Translations under genes and position numbers: made by a program | From: Chitinivibrionales bacterium | GTDB lineage: Bacteria > Fibrobacterota > Chitinivibrionia > Chitinivibrionales > WJKA01 | Direction of reading: 5' to 3' | DNA: 56,645 nt | Assembly: GCA_038247415.1 (NCBI GenBank) | Contig: JBBRUX010000025.1 | Span: 1-56,645, forward strand | In this document: piece by piece, positions 18,660-29,171 of the stretch | Layout: every line of letters begins with the position of its first letter | How positions within the stretch are numbered: the first letter of the stretch is position 1 | Notes under the pieces: model-generated | The model's input: the letters and a program-made list of their open reading frames with translations, nothing else | Databases searched by the model: none | What the model was told of the DNA's origin: nothing

Positions 18660-19232
18660 ATGTCACAGATCAAGGGAAGCCAGACCGAAAAAAATCTACT
18701 TAAGTCTTTTGCAGGGGAATCACAGGCCCGCAACAGATACACTTATTTTGCAAAGGCAGCAGAAAAAGAAGGCTTCCCCCTTATTAGCAAAATCTTTTTG
18801 GCAACAGCCGATCAAGAGCGTATTCATGCAAGCAGAATGTTTAAATTTCTTCCAGGAGGGCCTGTAGAAATTACTGCAACCTATCCTGCTGGCATTGTTG
18901 GTACAACCGAACAAAACCTTTTGGCAGCAGCTGAAGGTGAGCACGAAGAACATACTCTTTTGTATCCTGCCTTTGCCGAAACTGCTAAGGCAGAAGGCTT
19001 TAATGATGTTGCAACCATGTATAAAATGATTTCAAAAGCAGAAACACATCATGAAGCTGTGTATCGTATGGTTCTAGAAAATGTTACTAACGGTACCCTC
19101 TACAAAAAAGAAACAAGTGTTTCGTGGGTTTGTGATAAATGTGGGTATGTCCATGTGGGAACCGAAGCCCCAAAGCTTTGTCCTGCATGTCAACACCCAC
19201 AGAGCTACTTTGGGGTGTATTCGGCAATTTAA
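18660..19232 (+). CDS. rbr: Rubrerythrin
   Basis: TEKNLLKSFAGESQARNRY, ExxH pairs and C-terminal CDKCG..CPAC rubredoxin domain. ATG 18660 follows AAGGAG. Confidence 0.95.
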   Translation: MSQIKGSQTEKNLLKSFAGESQARNRYTYFAKAAEKEGFPLISKIFLATADQERIHASRMFKFLPGGPVEITATYPAGIVGTTEQNLLAAAEGEHEEHTLLYPAFAETAKAEGFNDVATMYKMISKAETHHEAVYRMVLENVTNGTLYKKETSVSWVCDKCGYVHVGTEAPKLCPACQHPQSYFGVYSAI

Positions 19233-19265
19233 TAAGGCAATAATGTGGTGAAAGGCGTTTAGGAT

Positions 19266-20960
19266 ATGGATATTGATACGGGCGATATTTCTGTAGTCCT
19301 GGCCGGCGCAGCCGGCCAGGGTATTCAGACCATCGAATCTATGTTGACACATGTTGTTCGCGATTCTGGGTATTATGTCTTTTCTACAAAAGAATATTTA
19401 TCTCGTATTCGGGGCGGCTGCAATTCGACACTCATTCGCATTAGTCATAAAAAGGTAGCAGCATTTTCTAGTTCCATAGATATCCTTTTTGCACTTTCCC
19501 CCTTGGCTCTTGCTCATTGTAGTAAGAGAATGACTCCTAAAACAATCGTTATTGGAGATTCATCACGCATTGGGCAAGGCGTTACCCACGATATTCCAGT
19601 AGCCAAAATGGCGGCAGAATGCGGTGGGTCATTATACGAAAACACCATTGCCACGGCAGTGGTAATGGGCTTTCTATCTCTTGGCAAAGTTCACTTAGGC
19701 GAGTTTATCCAAAAGCGCTATGCTAAAAAAACACAAAAAATTCTGGATGCTAATAATGCGGCAGCATTGGCAGGATATGAAGCCGGAAAAGCGCTTGCGT
19801 CTTGTGGTACGCCTTTTTCGCTTGGAGCCAATCCTTTGCAAAAGGATGTTCCGCTCTTGATGTCGGGGGCCGATGCCCTAACTCTTGGAGCACTTGCTGG
19901 GGGATGCAATTTTATTGCAAGCTATCCTATGTCGCCGGGAACTGGCCTTCTAACGGGACTTGCCGGCTACAAACGCGATTTCCCTCTTGTTGTTGAGCAG
20001 GCAGAGGATGAAATTGCAGCAATAATCATGGGGCTCGGCGCGTGGTATGCAGGTGCCAGGGCAGCTGTTACAACGTCTGGCGGTGGTTTTGCCCTCATGA
20101 CAGAGGGCATTAGCTTAAGTGGCATGATCGAAACTCCTATTGTGGTAAACATTGGTATGAGGCCAGGTCCTGGAACTGGGTTGCCAACACGCACCGAACA
20201 AGGGGATCTTGATCTTGCACTCTATGCGGGGCATGGAGAATTCCCCCGAGCAATTTATGCACCAGGCACACCTGAAGAAATTTACGAATGTACACGTAAA
20301 GCATTCGAAACAGCCGATATTTTCCAGAGTCCTGCAATCCTTCTTACCGATCAATTCCTTGTAGACTCATATTTCCAAACGCCACTCTTTACGGTAGAGG
20401 AATCAAAAGCGTATAACCATATTGTACCAACAAAAAAAGAGTATCAGCGGTTTGCCCTTACCAAAGATCCAATTTCCCCGCGCGGGATACCGGGCAATGG
20501 AGAGGGTCTTGTTCGCGTGGATTCTGATGAACATACAGAAAATGGTATTTTAACCGAACGTCTTGACATAAGAGTTGCCATGCAAAATAAGCGCCTGGCA
20601 AAGCATACAGGCCTTGTTGCCGATGCTCTTGCACCCGAGTATCGTGGCGAAAGTGCAGCAGAAGTGCTTATTGTTACCTTTGGAAGCACGAAGGGCCCCG
20701 TTGCCGAAGCTCTTGAAAAGTGTGGTGACAAACGGCTTGCACATCTTCATTGCAAGCAAGTGTATCCGCTTTCTGCTATGGTAGAAACGCTGTGCGGCAA
20801 GAGATCCAAAATTGTGGTGGTTGAAAATAATTCTACCGCACAGTTTGCTCGTTTACTCAAACGAGAGTGTGTGCTTACCGCTCCGGTAGAATCTGTATTA
20901 CAGTATGATGGAATGCCCTTTTCGGTGGAAACGCTAGTCAAGGCTTTTGAAACGGTATAA
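19266..20960 (+). CDS. 2-oxoacid:ferredoxin oxidoreductase alpha subunit (gamma-alpha fusion)
   Basis: GAAGQG, SRIRGG, YPMSP, QAEDEIAA, TSGGGFALM and RPGPGTGLPTRTEQGD motifs. Confidence 0.93.
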   Translation: MDIDTGDISVVLAGAAGQGIQTIESMLTHVVRDSGYYVFSTKEYLSRIRGGCNSTLIRISHKKVAAFSSSIDILFALSPLALAHCSKRMTPKTIVIGDSSRIGQGVTHDIPVAKMAAECGGSLYENTIATAVVMGFLSLGKVHLGEFIQKRYAKKTQKILDANNAAALAGYEAGKALASCGTPFSLGANPLQKDVPLLMSGADALTLGALAGGCNFIASYPMSPGTGLLTGLAGYKRDFPLVVEQAEDEIAAIIMGLGAWYAGARAAVTTSGGGFALMTEGISLSGMIETPIVVNIGMRPGPGTGLPTRTEQGDLDLALYAGHGEFPRAIYAPGTPEEIYECTRKAFETADIFQSPAILLTDQFLVDSYFQTPLFTVEESKAYNHIVPTKKEYQRFALTKDPISPRGIPGNGEGLVRVDSDEHTENGILTERLDIRVAMQNKRLAKHTGLVADALAPEYRGESAAEVLIVTFGSTKGPVAEALEKCGDKRLAHLHCKQVYPLSAMVETLCGKRSKIVVVENNSTAQFARLLKRECVLTAPVESVLQYDGMPFSVETLVKAFETV

Positions 20961-20980
20961 GTTTATGAAAGGTTCCAAGC

Positions 20981-21841
20981 ATGAATGATAATCCTTTTGT
21001 TAAAAATAATGATGATGTTACATGGTGTCCTGGATGTGGAAATTTTAAAATTCTCGATACCTTGACACAAGCTTTGGGGGAATTAGGTTTAAGCCCAACC
21101 CAAACGGTTGTTTCTTCGGGTATTGGTCAGGCTCCTAAAACGCCGCATTATTTCAATACGCATATGTTTAATGGATTGCATGGACGCGCTCTGTGCGCTG
21201 CGGTTGCAATCAAGGCAAGTAATCCAACGCTAACCGTTATCGCAGAAGGCGGCGATGGTGACATGTATGGCGAAGGTGGAAACCATTTTTTGCACAATAT
21301 CCGCCGTAATCCAGATATTCTCCATATTGTGCATGATAATATGGTATATGGTCTTACTAAGGGGCAGGCCTCTCCAACATCCGAAGTTGGTTTTGTGACG
21401 CCTGTTCAGGTTGATGGGGTTACTAATGAACCAATTAACCCTATGGCTCTGGCAATTGGGCAGAATGCTTCTTTTGTGGCACGGGCACTCTCGTCTGATA
21501 TCGAGCAAACTAAAGAGATCCTTAAAAAAGCAATTCTGCATAAAGGTTATGCATTGGTTGATGTTTTGCAGCCATGTGTTACTTTTAATAAGGTGAACAC
21601 ATATAAGTGGTTTAAAGATCACACGTATTATCTTGAGTCCGATTACGACCCAACAAATCGAGTTGCGGCTTTTGGAAGAGCGATAGAGTCTGAAAAAATT
21701 CCGTTAGGTATTTTATATCTTCGGCATGCGCCAACGTTTGAGGAACAGTGCGGTGTGTATGCTACCGATACAAGGCCTCTTTATGAGCGCAAGCTTGATA
21801 CGAAGGCATTACAGAAGGCTATTATGGATTTTGCTGCATAA
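20981..21841 (+). CDS. 2-oxoacid:ferredoxin oxidoreductase beta subunit
   Basis: WCPGCGN, LHGR, GGDGD (TPP binding), [11 protein letters not shown] and QPCVTFN motifs. Confidence 0.93.
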   Translation: MNDNPFVKNNDDVTWCPGCGNFKILDTLTQALGELGLSPTQTVVSSGIGQAPKTPHYFNTHMFNGLHGRALCAAVAIKASNPTLTVIAEGGDGDMYGEGGNHFLHNIRRNPDILHIVHDNMVYGLTKGQASPTSEVGFVTPVQVDGVTNEPINPMALAIGQNASFVARALSSDIEQTKEILKKAILHKGYALVDVLQPCVTFNKVNTYKWFKDHTYYLESDYDPTNRVAAFGRAIESEKIPLGILYLRHAPTFEEQCGVYATDTRPLYERKLDTKALQKAIMDFAA

Positions 21842-21862
21842 TTAAAAAATGAGGAGGTTACT

Positions 21863-22417
21863 ATGTTGAGTTCTCAAATGAAAACTGCAATCAATGCTCA
21901 GATTAACCGTGAGATGTTTTCATCGTTTCTGTATATGTCAATGTCTTCACATTGTGCAATAATTGGTCTAAAAGGTTTTTCTAATTGGTTCATGGTGCAA
22001 TACCACGAAGAAATGGTGCATTCCATGAAGTTCTACGAATATCTCATACGCCATGGGGAACAACCAATAATCGAAGCAATTGCAAAACCAGCATCTACCT
22101 GGAAATCAGCTCTAGAAATGCTTGAAAAAACATTGGAGCATGAACATTTTATAACCAAATCTATTTATGAAATTATGGATCTTGCCATCGCAGAAAAAGA
22201 TCACGCATCACAAACGTTTTTGCAATGGTATGTTAATGAACAAGTAGAAGAAGAAGATAACGACAATACTATCATCCAACAGCTAAAGCTTATTAAAGAT
22301 GATGTTCAGGCGCTTATCATGCTCGACAAAGATTTGGCAGCACGCATGGTAACAGTCCCAACCGATTTTTCCAAAGGTGTTGAAGCTGCGCTTAAGGGAG
22401 CATCCGCTGCGCCTTGA
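21863..22417 (+). CDS. ftnA: Non-heme ferritin
   Basis: INAQINREMFS, QYHEEMVH, LEHE and FLQWYVNEQVEEE motifs. Confidence 0.9.
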   Translation: MLSSQMKTAINAQINREMFSSFLYMSMSSHCAIIGLKGFSNWFMVQYHEEMVHSMKFYEYLIRHGEQPIIEAIAKPASTWKSALEMLEKTLEHEHFITKSIYEIMDLAIAEKDHASQTFLQWYVNEQVEEEDNDNTIIQQLKLIKDDVQALIMLDKDLAARMVTVPTDFSKGVEAALKGASAAP

Positions 22418-22463
22418 TTTAGTTTCGTGATATTATTTAAAACATTTGGCCACAGGAGATTGT

Positions 22464-22985
22464 ATGATTTCATCGATGAGAAATTGTTTGCTTGGGATGG
22501 TAGTTGTTGGATGCATGAGCTCAGCTTTTGGTGTTGGTGAAGTGCAAACAGTTGCTGCAGGTAAATTTACTTTTACTTATACATCAAACAACGATACTCT
22601 TGTTTGTACAGTCTCTCATGCGGGAGATGGGTGGATAGGTGTAGGATTTGGTCCTGAAAAACGTATGTTTGGGGCTAACTTCATTGTTGGCCGTGCAAAT
22701 GATAGCACAGGTCTTGTAGAAGACCATTACGGTAATACTCCAATTGCGCATAAATCAGATAAGGCGCTTGGCGGTTCCAGCGATGTGTATGCTACGTCCT
22801 GCTCTTTCAAAGATGGCATAACTTCTATGTCTTTTTCGATCCCATACGATTCAAAAGATAAAAATGATGTAATACTTACACCAAAAGCTTCGCTAAAAGT
22901 TATTTTTGCTATGGGAAAAGATCGGTCGTTTGCTCGAATCCATAATGATCTGAATAAAACCATGATCACAGTTCCTGTATACTAA
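22464..22985 (+). CDS. Exported DOMON domain protein
   Basis: Signal peptide; GWIGVGF..RMFGANFIVG, VEDHY and VIFAMG..RIH motifs, with candidate Met/His heme ligands. ATG follows AGGAG. Confidence 0.8.
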   Translation: MISSMRNCLLGMVVVGCMSSAFGVGEVQTVAAGKFTFTYTSNNDTLVCTVSHAGDGWIGVGFGPEKRMFGANFIVGRANDSTGLVEDHYGNTPIAHKSDKALGGSSDVYATSCSFKDGITSMSFSIPYDSKDKNDVILTPKASLKVIFAMGKDRSFARIHNDLNKTMITVPVY

Positions 22986-23057
22986 CAGTAGATGGTACAT
23001 TTAATTGTATATAGAGGTTCTTAGTTTTTTTTAAGTTTTCATGAAAGGCAGGTTGCA

Positions 23058-23552
23058 ATGGCGACGGTATGGGAAACAGCAAAGACAATGGAAGCTGAGG
23101 GGATGGCATTTTATACCAAGCTGGGTTCAGAAACTCCTAATCCTGAAATTGCTGGGATTTTTAAGTTTTTAGCCTCAGAAGAAGAAAAGCATCTTGCCTT
23201 TTTTGATGCTCTCTCAAAAGGAAAGTCGTATACGGGAGAATTAGAATCGGATGTAATTAGCCAGACCAAGTCTATTTTTGAAGGTTTTAAAATTAAAAGT
23301 GCCGTACCTGCTTTTGCCAAGGATGCCGCTGTTGCTTACCAAAAAGCCGCCGATCTCGAGCAGAAAGCCGTTGAGTTTTACGAATCTCTTCTTACCGAAA
23401 CCACCGATGATTCCGATGCCGAAGCGCTCGAAATTATTATCGAAGAAGAAGAAAAGCATGCTCGCATTATGGAATCGCTTGTCGACTTCGTCCGCACTCC
23501 TGGCGAATATCTCGAAAATGCAGAGTTTAATAATCTTGATGATGAGTTCTAA
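23058..23552 (+). CDS. Ferritin-like (rubrerythrin-type di-iron) protein
   Basis: E..G..FY, LASEEEKH, LEQKAVEFY and EEEKH paired di-iron motifs. Confidence 0.85.
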   Translation: MATVWETAKTMEAEGMAFYTKLGSETPNPEIAGIFKFLASEEEKHLAFFDALSKGKSYTGELESDVISQTKSIFEGFKIKSAVPAFAKDAAVAYQKAADLEQKAVEFYESLLTETTDDSDAEALEIIIEEEEKHARIMESLVDFVRTPGEYLENAEFNNLDDEF

Positions 23553-23563
23553 TTGATACTATG

Positions 23564-23597
23564 CCACAAGGAGCGCTTGACTCCTTGTGGTTATTAA
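23564..23597 (+). terminator. Terminator-like hairpin ending the redox/iron cluster
   Basis: CCACAAGGAG-cgcttga-CTCCTTGTGG followed by TTATT. Confidence 0.7.
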
Positions 23598-23919
23598 TCG
23601 TAAATTTATTCCTGCCTTATGATGATATTCTTTTGGATTAAATAAGATTTATTCTTTGTCATATTGAGCCATATGGCTGTTTTTTCATTCTGGGTATTGA
23701 CTTTGTTGGACGTTACGCCATCTCCCAGCTCAAATGCAAAGTTTTTCAGCCGTATTTTCTTACCTTTTTCAGATGCCTAAGCGCATAAAGAAGCGAAATC
23801 AACTTTTTTATATGTGGGATGATGTACTTTTAAGTTAATTGCTTAAATTTACAGATATCGGTTGTATGTTTTCGAATTGCATCGGTTTGTAAGTGCAAAA
23901 ATTTGTAAAGGAGCAGGCA

Positions 23920-24291
23920 TTGAAATCTTATATGTTGGCAATGGAATTACTGCTACTTGGTATATTTCTTTTGGTAAATAATTGTGATTTTCCCAGTTCC
24001 AATTGAACAATGGGATCAACTCCACCTCTTGATACTACAAAGATTCATTATTATGGGAAACCACAAACAAAACCATTTGAAGTTTTTTCAGATAATTGTT
24101 TTGCACAAAATCTTGGAAGCTTAGCTGGGATAGCTGTGTATTGGAATGATTCTTTGATTGGCTATACAGATACTATTAATGGTTACAGAGGGTTTACAAC
24201 AACTATTTCATTTGATTCTTTGCCCTTCAAATATAAAGTTAAATTAGTAAAGCCTGGCTTTATAACAAAAGAGAAAGTATGTTTCTGGTAA
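23920..24291 (+). pseudogene. Interrupted exported (lipo)protein gene
   Basis: AAAGGAG then TTG at 23920 gives MKSYMLAMELLLLGIFLLVNNCDFPSSN. An in-frame TGA at 24004-24006 follows, then the 93-aa ORF continues in the same frame. Confidence 0.6.
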
Positions 24292-25068
24292 GGCGTTGCC
24301 ATATAATACTTGTATTGATAGTTTTTGGGACAACAACAATATTGTATCCAAAAGGCGAAGGTCCCGCATTAAATAGTAAGGGGCCCGTATTAGAATATGG
24401 TTTTGATGATCAGCATCAAGACGATACTCTAATGGCAAAACCTTGCCAAATTCGAGCCTTTAACTTTCAATTTACAAGAATTACTTTTTATTTTATTAAT
24501 GGTAAAGTCAGTAAAAATTCAAGCTATGGCCACAAATAGCCAGTACGCAAAGGGCCTGTTCAAGACGCAAAAAGGGGCACGCTGTGTAGTGTAAATGGTT
24601 GCCGATTTTAGCTTAGCTCTTGCTTAGTGGTGATTGCTTCGGTATTTACTTCCTTGAAACAAGTGCAGAATCGAATTTTCAAAAAAACTCCAAAAAAATC
24701 TCCGCATCAATTAACAGATAGAGCTAATTGCCTTAAAGATAGCCAATCTGCCCCCTGGTTAAGTCAGCTACAATCAAACCTATCTCGAAAATCACATAAA
24801 TCATAGTTCAGACAATGTTTAAAAATCAAGCCTATCAAGGAAATGAGCCGAATCATGGCGAAACTTTAATCTGAAATTGGCAGCATAAGCATTGGCTAGA
24901 CTTCCCAAATAATCTTTCGTCCTTCCACCGAACTTAATCATTTTTGAGGCTGAAAAAGCGCAACTCCTCATATTTCCCCTCTTTTCTCTACTATTATGTA
25001 TTTTTCCTATGTCTATTTCTTACAGTCGCCACGAGCACGTTTAGTTCACCTTTAGAGGAGTGATGAGT

Positions 25069-25956
25069 ATGCCAGAAGTTGACGTTTCAAAACAGGAAAA
25101 ACAGTTTTATACCGAAATCCCTCAAAAAAACACCGCTTTTTTTCTTAAGGGTCTCAACGAATACGATTGGGGCATTAAAAATAGGCTTTCACGCATTTTC
25201 AATCCTGCTTCTGGCAAAACAGTTATGCTCGCGTTTGATCACGGATATTTTCAGGGCCCAACAACCGGTCTGGAACGCGTTGATGTTTCCATTCTGCCGT
25301 TAGCGCCTTATGCCGATGCCCTCATGCTTACCCGTGGTATTTTGCGTTCGGTGATTCCTCCGTCGGTACGCAATGGCGTTGTGATGCGCTCAAGCGGTGG
25401 TCCATCTATTCTTAAAGAGCTTTCGAACGAGCAGGTTGCCTGCGATATGGACGATGCTATCCGCATGAATGTGTCTGCGGTTGCAGTTCAGGTTTTTATT
25501 GGCGGAGAGTTCGAGTCGCAATCGGTTATTAATATGACCAAACTTGTTGATGCCGGGCTTAAAGCTGGAGTTCCGGTTCTGGGAGTTACCGCAGTAGGTA
25601 AAGAACTTGTTCGTGATGCAAAGTATATGCGTCTTGCAACGAGAATTTGTGCCGAGCTTGGGGCAACGTTTGTCAAGACATATTATGTAGAAAAAGATTT
25701 CGATACCGTTGCTGCATCGTGTCCTGTTCCTATTGTTATAGCTGGTGGTAAAAAACTCCCCGAGCTTGATGCACTCTTAATGGCCCGTAACGCCATTGAT
25801 GCGGGTGCTGCTGGAGTTGACATGGGTAGAAATATTTTCCAGTCTGATGCTCCCATAGCCATGCTTAAGGCAGTTCGATCGGTTGTTCACGATGGCAAAT
25901 CTGCACAAGAAGCTTTTCAAATGTATGAATCGCTTAAAAACGAGAAGCATTCATGA
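25069..25956 (+). CDS. lsrF: LsrF-family thiolase / class I aldolase
   Basis: [49 protein letters not shown] and [10 protein letters not shown] motifs. Confidence 0.88.
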   Translation: MPEVDVSKQEKQFYTEIPQKNTAFFLKGLNEYDWGIKNRLSRIFNPASGKTVMLAFDHGYFQGPTTGLERVDVSILPLAPYADALMLTRGILRSVIPPSVRNGVVMRSSGGPSILKELSNEQVACDMDDAIRMNVSAVAVQVFIGGEFESQSVINMTKLVDAGLKAGVPVLGVTAVGKELVRDAKYMRLATRICAELGATFVKTYYVEKDFDTVAASCPVPIVIAGGKKLPELDALLMARNAIDAGAAGVDMGRNIFQSDAPIAMLKAVRSVVHDGKSAQEAFQMYESLKNEKHS

Positions 25957-26681
25957 GTGCTACCTTAGTAACGGATATTAAAGAGCGAGGGCCACTTCTC
26001 TCGGTTGGTGCGATTTCCATGGATCTCATGCATTGCGCCGACGATTGTGCCATGCTTGCTGCGGCGGGAATCAGCATGCTGCATTTTGATGTCATGGATG
26101 GGGTATTTGTTCCTCAGCTTACCGTGGGGCCACATTTTGTAAAGGCATTTGGCAAGCACTTTCTGCGTGATGTGCACCTTATGGTGTCCGATCCCATTGC
26201 GGCAATTCCATCGTATGGTGCCTCGGGAGCCGACTGTATTACCGTTCAGGTTGAATCACCGTGTCAAATTCATAAAGCTCTTTCGCTTATTGCGCAACAA
26301 ACAAATCAGAATGATCCTAAAAGGGGAATTGTTGCAGGGATTGCCATTCTTCCTTCTACGCCGGTAACAGCATTAGAACCTTTTGTCGAAATTGTTGACA
26401 TGGTGACAATCGTTACCGTGGATCCGGGGTATTCGCCCGCGGTGTTTGCAGAATCAACTACCCGACGCGTAAGGCTGATACGTGAAATGTTTGCATACTG
26501 TGGCAAGCAGGTTCTTATTGGTATTGATGGAGCTATTACCCGGTCCACTATGGGGATGGCACATGTTCTTTCGCCCGATATTGTGGTAAGCGGTAGCGCA
26601 ATCTTTGAAAATCGGCTTATTAAGGAAAATGTAGAAGCCTTAACTCAGGGGCTTATTGGCTACGCGAATAAATCTGTTTGA
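25953..26681 (+). CDS. Ribulose-phosphate 3-epimerase family protein (LsrE-like)
   Basis: [22 protein letters not shown] and VSGSAIF motifs; ATGA overlap with lsrF. Confidence 0.85.
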   Translation: MSATLVTDIKERGPLLSVGAISMDLMHCADDCAMLAAAGISMLHFDVMDGVFVPQLTVGPHFVKAFGKHFLRDVHLMVSDPIAAIPSYGASGADCITVQVESPCQIHKALSLIAQQTNQNDPKRGIVAGIAILPSTPVTALEPFVEIVDMVTIVTVDPGYSPAVFAESTTRRVRLIREMFAYCGKQVLIGIDGAITRSTMGMAHVLSPDIVVSGSAIFENRLIKENVEALTQGLIGYANKSV

Positions 26682-26714
26682 TACTTCTTTACTTTTAAAT
26701 ATTTTGAGGGACTC

Positions 26715-28814
26715 ATGATACAGAGATGGTCGGATACCGATGCAGTAGCCTATGTAGAAAAATATCAAAAAAACTACGGGAAAGCACTTTCACTGTGCGC
26801 TTATGCAACGCAGATTTTTGGTGAGGAAGATGATCTTGCAATGCACGGGGGCGGAAATTCATCGTGCAAAACGGATATTGCCCTCATAACCGGCACCCTT
26901 AAAAAGGCGCTCTTTGTAAAGGCCTCGGGGTGTGCTCTGCGAGGAGCATCCCCCAGGGATTTTGTTGCGCTCGATGCCGAATATCTAGCATCACTTAAGA
27001 CACTCCCTGCATTGTCAGAAGATGATATGGCCGATGAGTTTTCTCGGCACCTTCTCAAAAAACACGCATCCCGAGCATCAATCGAAACCTTGATGCATGC
27101 ATTTATTGCGGCGCCTGTTATTATGCATACCCACCCAACAGCCATTCTTGCTCTTACTAATAGGCCAGATGGTAAAGACATCGTATCCGATGCTCTGGGT
27201 AACGATGTTGCCATAATTCCTTATGCGCGCGTAGGCTTTGAACTTGCTACCGCTGTGGCAAGCGCCGTTGCACACAACGCATCCTGCAAAGCTGTTGTCA
27301 TTATGCATCATGGTCTTGTATGCTTTGGGGAAAATGCTCAAGAGGTGTATGCCACTACCATTGCTCTGGTAACCCGGGCAGAAGAGCATCTTAATCGTCG
27401 CTCAACTATCGTGTTGCCAACTGCTCAAACAGCCGATTGTCAGAAAGCACGTGATGCGTATCGCATAATTGGACCGATAGTTCGTGGTATGCTCTCGCCG
27501 CTTGATGCTGAAAGTGGCATTGTTCCAGAGTATACTATTCTTAATCATCTGGTAGATGCAGAGATCTTGGGGCTTCTGTCTTTGCCTAAAAGCAAAGAAA
27601 TCTTTGACACTGTGCCCCTAACTCCCGATTATCTTATTCGTACGCGACGGCTTCCTCTGTTTGTCAATCTTGAAAGCACCAAGGAGCCCGAAGTGCTCAG
27701 AGCTGCACTCAAAGAAGGCTTTGAGCGTTATGCGCAAGCATACAAAGACTTTGTTGCAGCGCACTCGTCAACACTTCCCGAAGGCATTGATTTTTTTCCA
27801 CGAGTGATTCTTATTCCTGGCGTTGGAGCCCTGTGTGCCGGATCTGATAGTGCTTCTGCTGCTATGGTTGCCGATATTACCCGACAATCGCTGTGTGTGA
27901 AGGCTGCGATATTTCAGTCGGGTGGTGAATATGCGGGTCTTGAAGATCATCATCTTTATGATATGGAATTCCGTGCACTTCAACGAGCAAAAATTTTTGT
28001 TGCGCGTGCCCCCATGGCAGGAAGAGTAGCACTTGTTACAGGCTCGGCCGGGGCCATTGGATCGGGCATTTGCAGGGCACTGTGTGAAGCGGGATGTCAT
28101 GTGGCAGTTACCGATTTAGCAACCGATGCTTTAACAGCTACGGCATCTGCACTGCGCGCTGAATATGGCGATCGGGTTGCCGAAATTGCCCTTGATGTTA
28201 CCGACCCCGTATCGGTGGCGGAAGGCTTTGGAAAAGCTATCGACCGGTTTGGAGGCGTCGATTGCGTTATTGTAAATGCAGGGATTGCCCATGTTTCCCC
28301 TCTTGTGTCACTTGAATTAGAAGCATTTCGTAAACTCGAACGAGTTAATATCGAGGGAACGCTGCTTATTCTTGCGCAAACCTTACGCCACTGCACTCTG
28401 CAGAAAGCTGGTGGGGATATTGTTCTTATTTCTACTAAAAATGTTTTTGCGCCAGGCGCAAAATTTGGCGCCTATTCTGCCACAAAGGCAGCCAGCCACC
28501 AACTTGCCCGCATAGCATCGCTTGAAGCGGCCGATCTGGGTGTGCGTGTCAATATGGTAGCTCCCGATGCTGTTTTTTCTCATGGCGAGAAAAAATCTGG
28601 TTTATGGGCAGCAGTGGGCCCCGATAGAATGAAGGCACGTGGCCTTGACGAACAAGGGCTCGAAGATTATTATCGCTCACGTAATTTGCTTAAAGCTCGC
28701 ATTGGTGCCGATCATGTAGCAAAAGCCGTTCTCTTTTTTGTAACGCGTCAAACACCAACAACCGGGGCAACAATCCCTGTTGATGGTGGTTTACCAGATG
28801 CAACACCACGATAA
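26715..28814 (+). CDS. Bifunctional class II aldolase-like / short-chain dehydrogenase
   Basis: N-terminal HGGGNSSCK, SIETLMH, HTH and HHGL motifs; C-terminal TGSAGAIG, NAG, YSATKAA and VDGG SDR motifs. Confidence 0.9.
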   Translation: MIQRWSDTDAVAYVEKYQKNYGKALSLCAYATQIFGEEDDLAMHGGGNSSCKTDIALITGTLKKALFVKASGCALRGASPRDFVALDAEYLASLKTLPALSEDDMADEFSRHLLKKHASRASIETLMHAFIAAPVIMHTHPTAILALTNRPDGKDIVSDALGNDVAIIPYARVGFELATAVASAVAHNASCKAVVIMHHGLVCFGENAQEVYATTIALVTRAEEHLNRRSTIVLPTAQTADCQKARDAYRIIGPIVRGMLSPLDAESGIVPEYTILNHLVDAEILGLLSLPKSKEIFDTVPLTPDYLIRTRRLPLFVNLESTKEPEVLRAALKEGFERYAQAYKDFVAAHSSTLPEGIDFFPRVILIPGVGALCAGSDSASAAMVADITRQSLCVKAAIFQSGGEYAGLEDHHLYDMEFRALQRAKIFVARAPMAGRVALVTGSAGAIGSGICRALCEAGCHVAVTDLATDALTATASALRAEYGDRVAEIALDVTDPVSVAEGFGKAIDRFGGVDCVIVNAGIAHVSPLVSLELEAFRKLERVNIEGTLLILAQTLRHCTLQKAGGDIVLISTKNVFAPGAKFGAYSATKAASHQLARIASLEAADLGVRVNMVAPDAVFSHGEKKSGLWAAVGPDRMKARGLDEQGLEDYYRSRNLLKARIGADHVAKAVLFFVTRQTPTTGATIPVDGGLPDATPR

Positions 28815-28854
28815 TTTTTTTGCAGAGGCAATAAACTTTTTATAAGGAGCGATA

Positions 28855-29118
28855 ATGCAACAGTCCAATCATGTGATCGTAGGGATTCATATTCAAGATC
28901 GTATTACCCGGGCCTCGGAAGTTCAGAAAATCCTCACGCAATACGGTTGCACTATCAAAACCAGATTGGGCCTGCATGAAGTATCGGGGGATGTGTGCAG
29001 TGGTAATGGAGTTGTATTACTCGAATTAACAGGTGCGCAAGACCAGATGGATGCACTTATTGCTGCGCTTAATGCAACCGAAGGTGTTGATGTTCAAAGC
29101 ATGGTATTTAAGCATTGA
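28855..29118 (+). CDS. Small ACT-like protein (TM1266 / iron-only hydrogenase regulator-like family)
   Basis: VGIHIQDR..EVQKILTQYGCTIKTRLGLHE pattern; AAGGAG RBS. Confidence 0.65.
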   Translation: MQQSNHVIVGIHIQDRITRASEVQKILTQYGCTIKTRLGLHEVSGDVCSGNGVVLLELTGAQDQMDALIAALNATEGVDVQSMVFKH

Positions 29119-29171
29119 TTTAAAAAATACTCGTCATCGTTGTATGCGCAAGCGTAAACGATGGGGAGGTA

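Noticed and set aside
24540..24780. Fragments resembling a c-di-GMP-I riboswitch (GACGCAAA; CTAA..ATAGCCAATCTGCC)
   Set aside because: The pieces are about 150 nt apart and the GGCAAA-stem-GAAA P2 architecture is not present.
24790..24815. AATCACATAAATCATAGTTCAGACAA, resembling a short dispersed repeat seen in some bacterial genomes
   Set aside because: Single copy in this window with no inverted partner; it cannot be supported without a genome-wide search.
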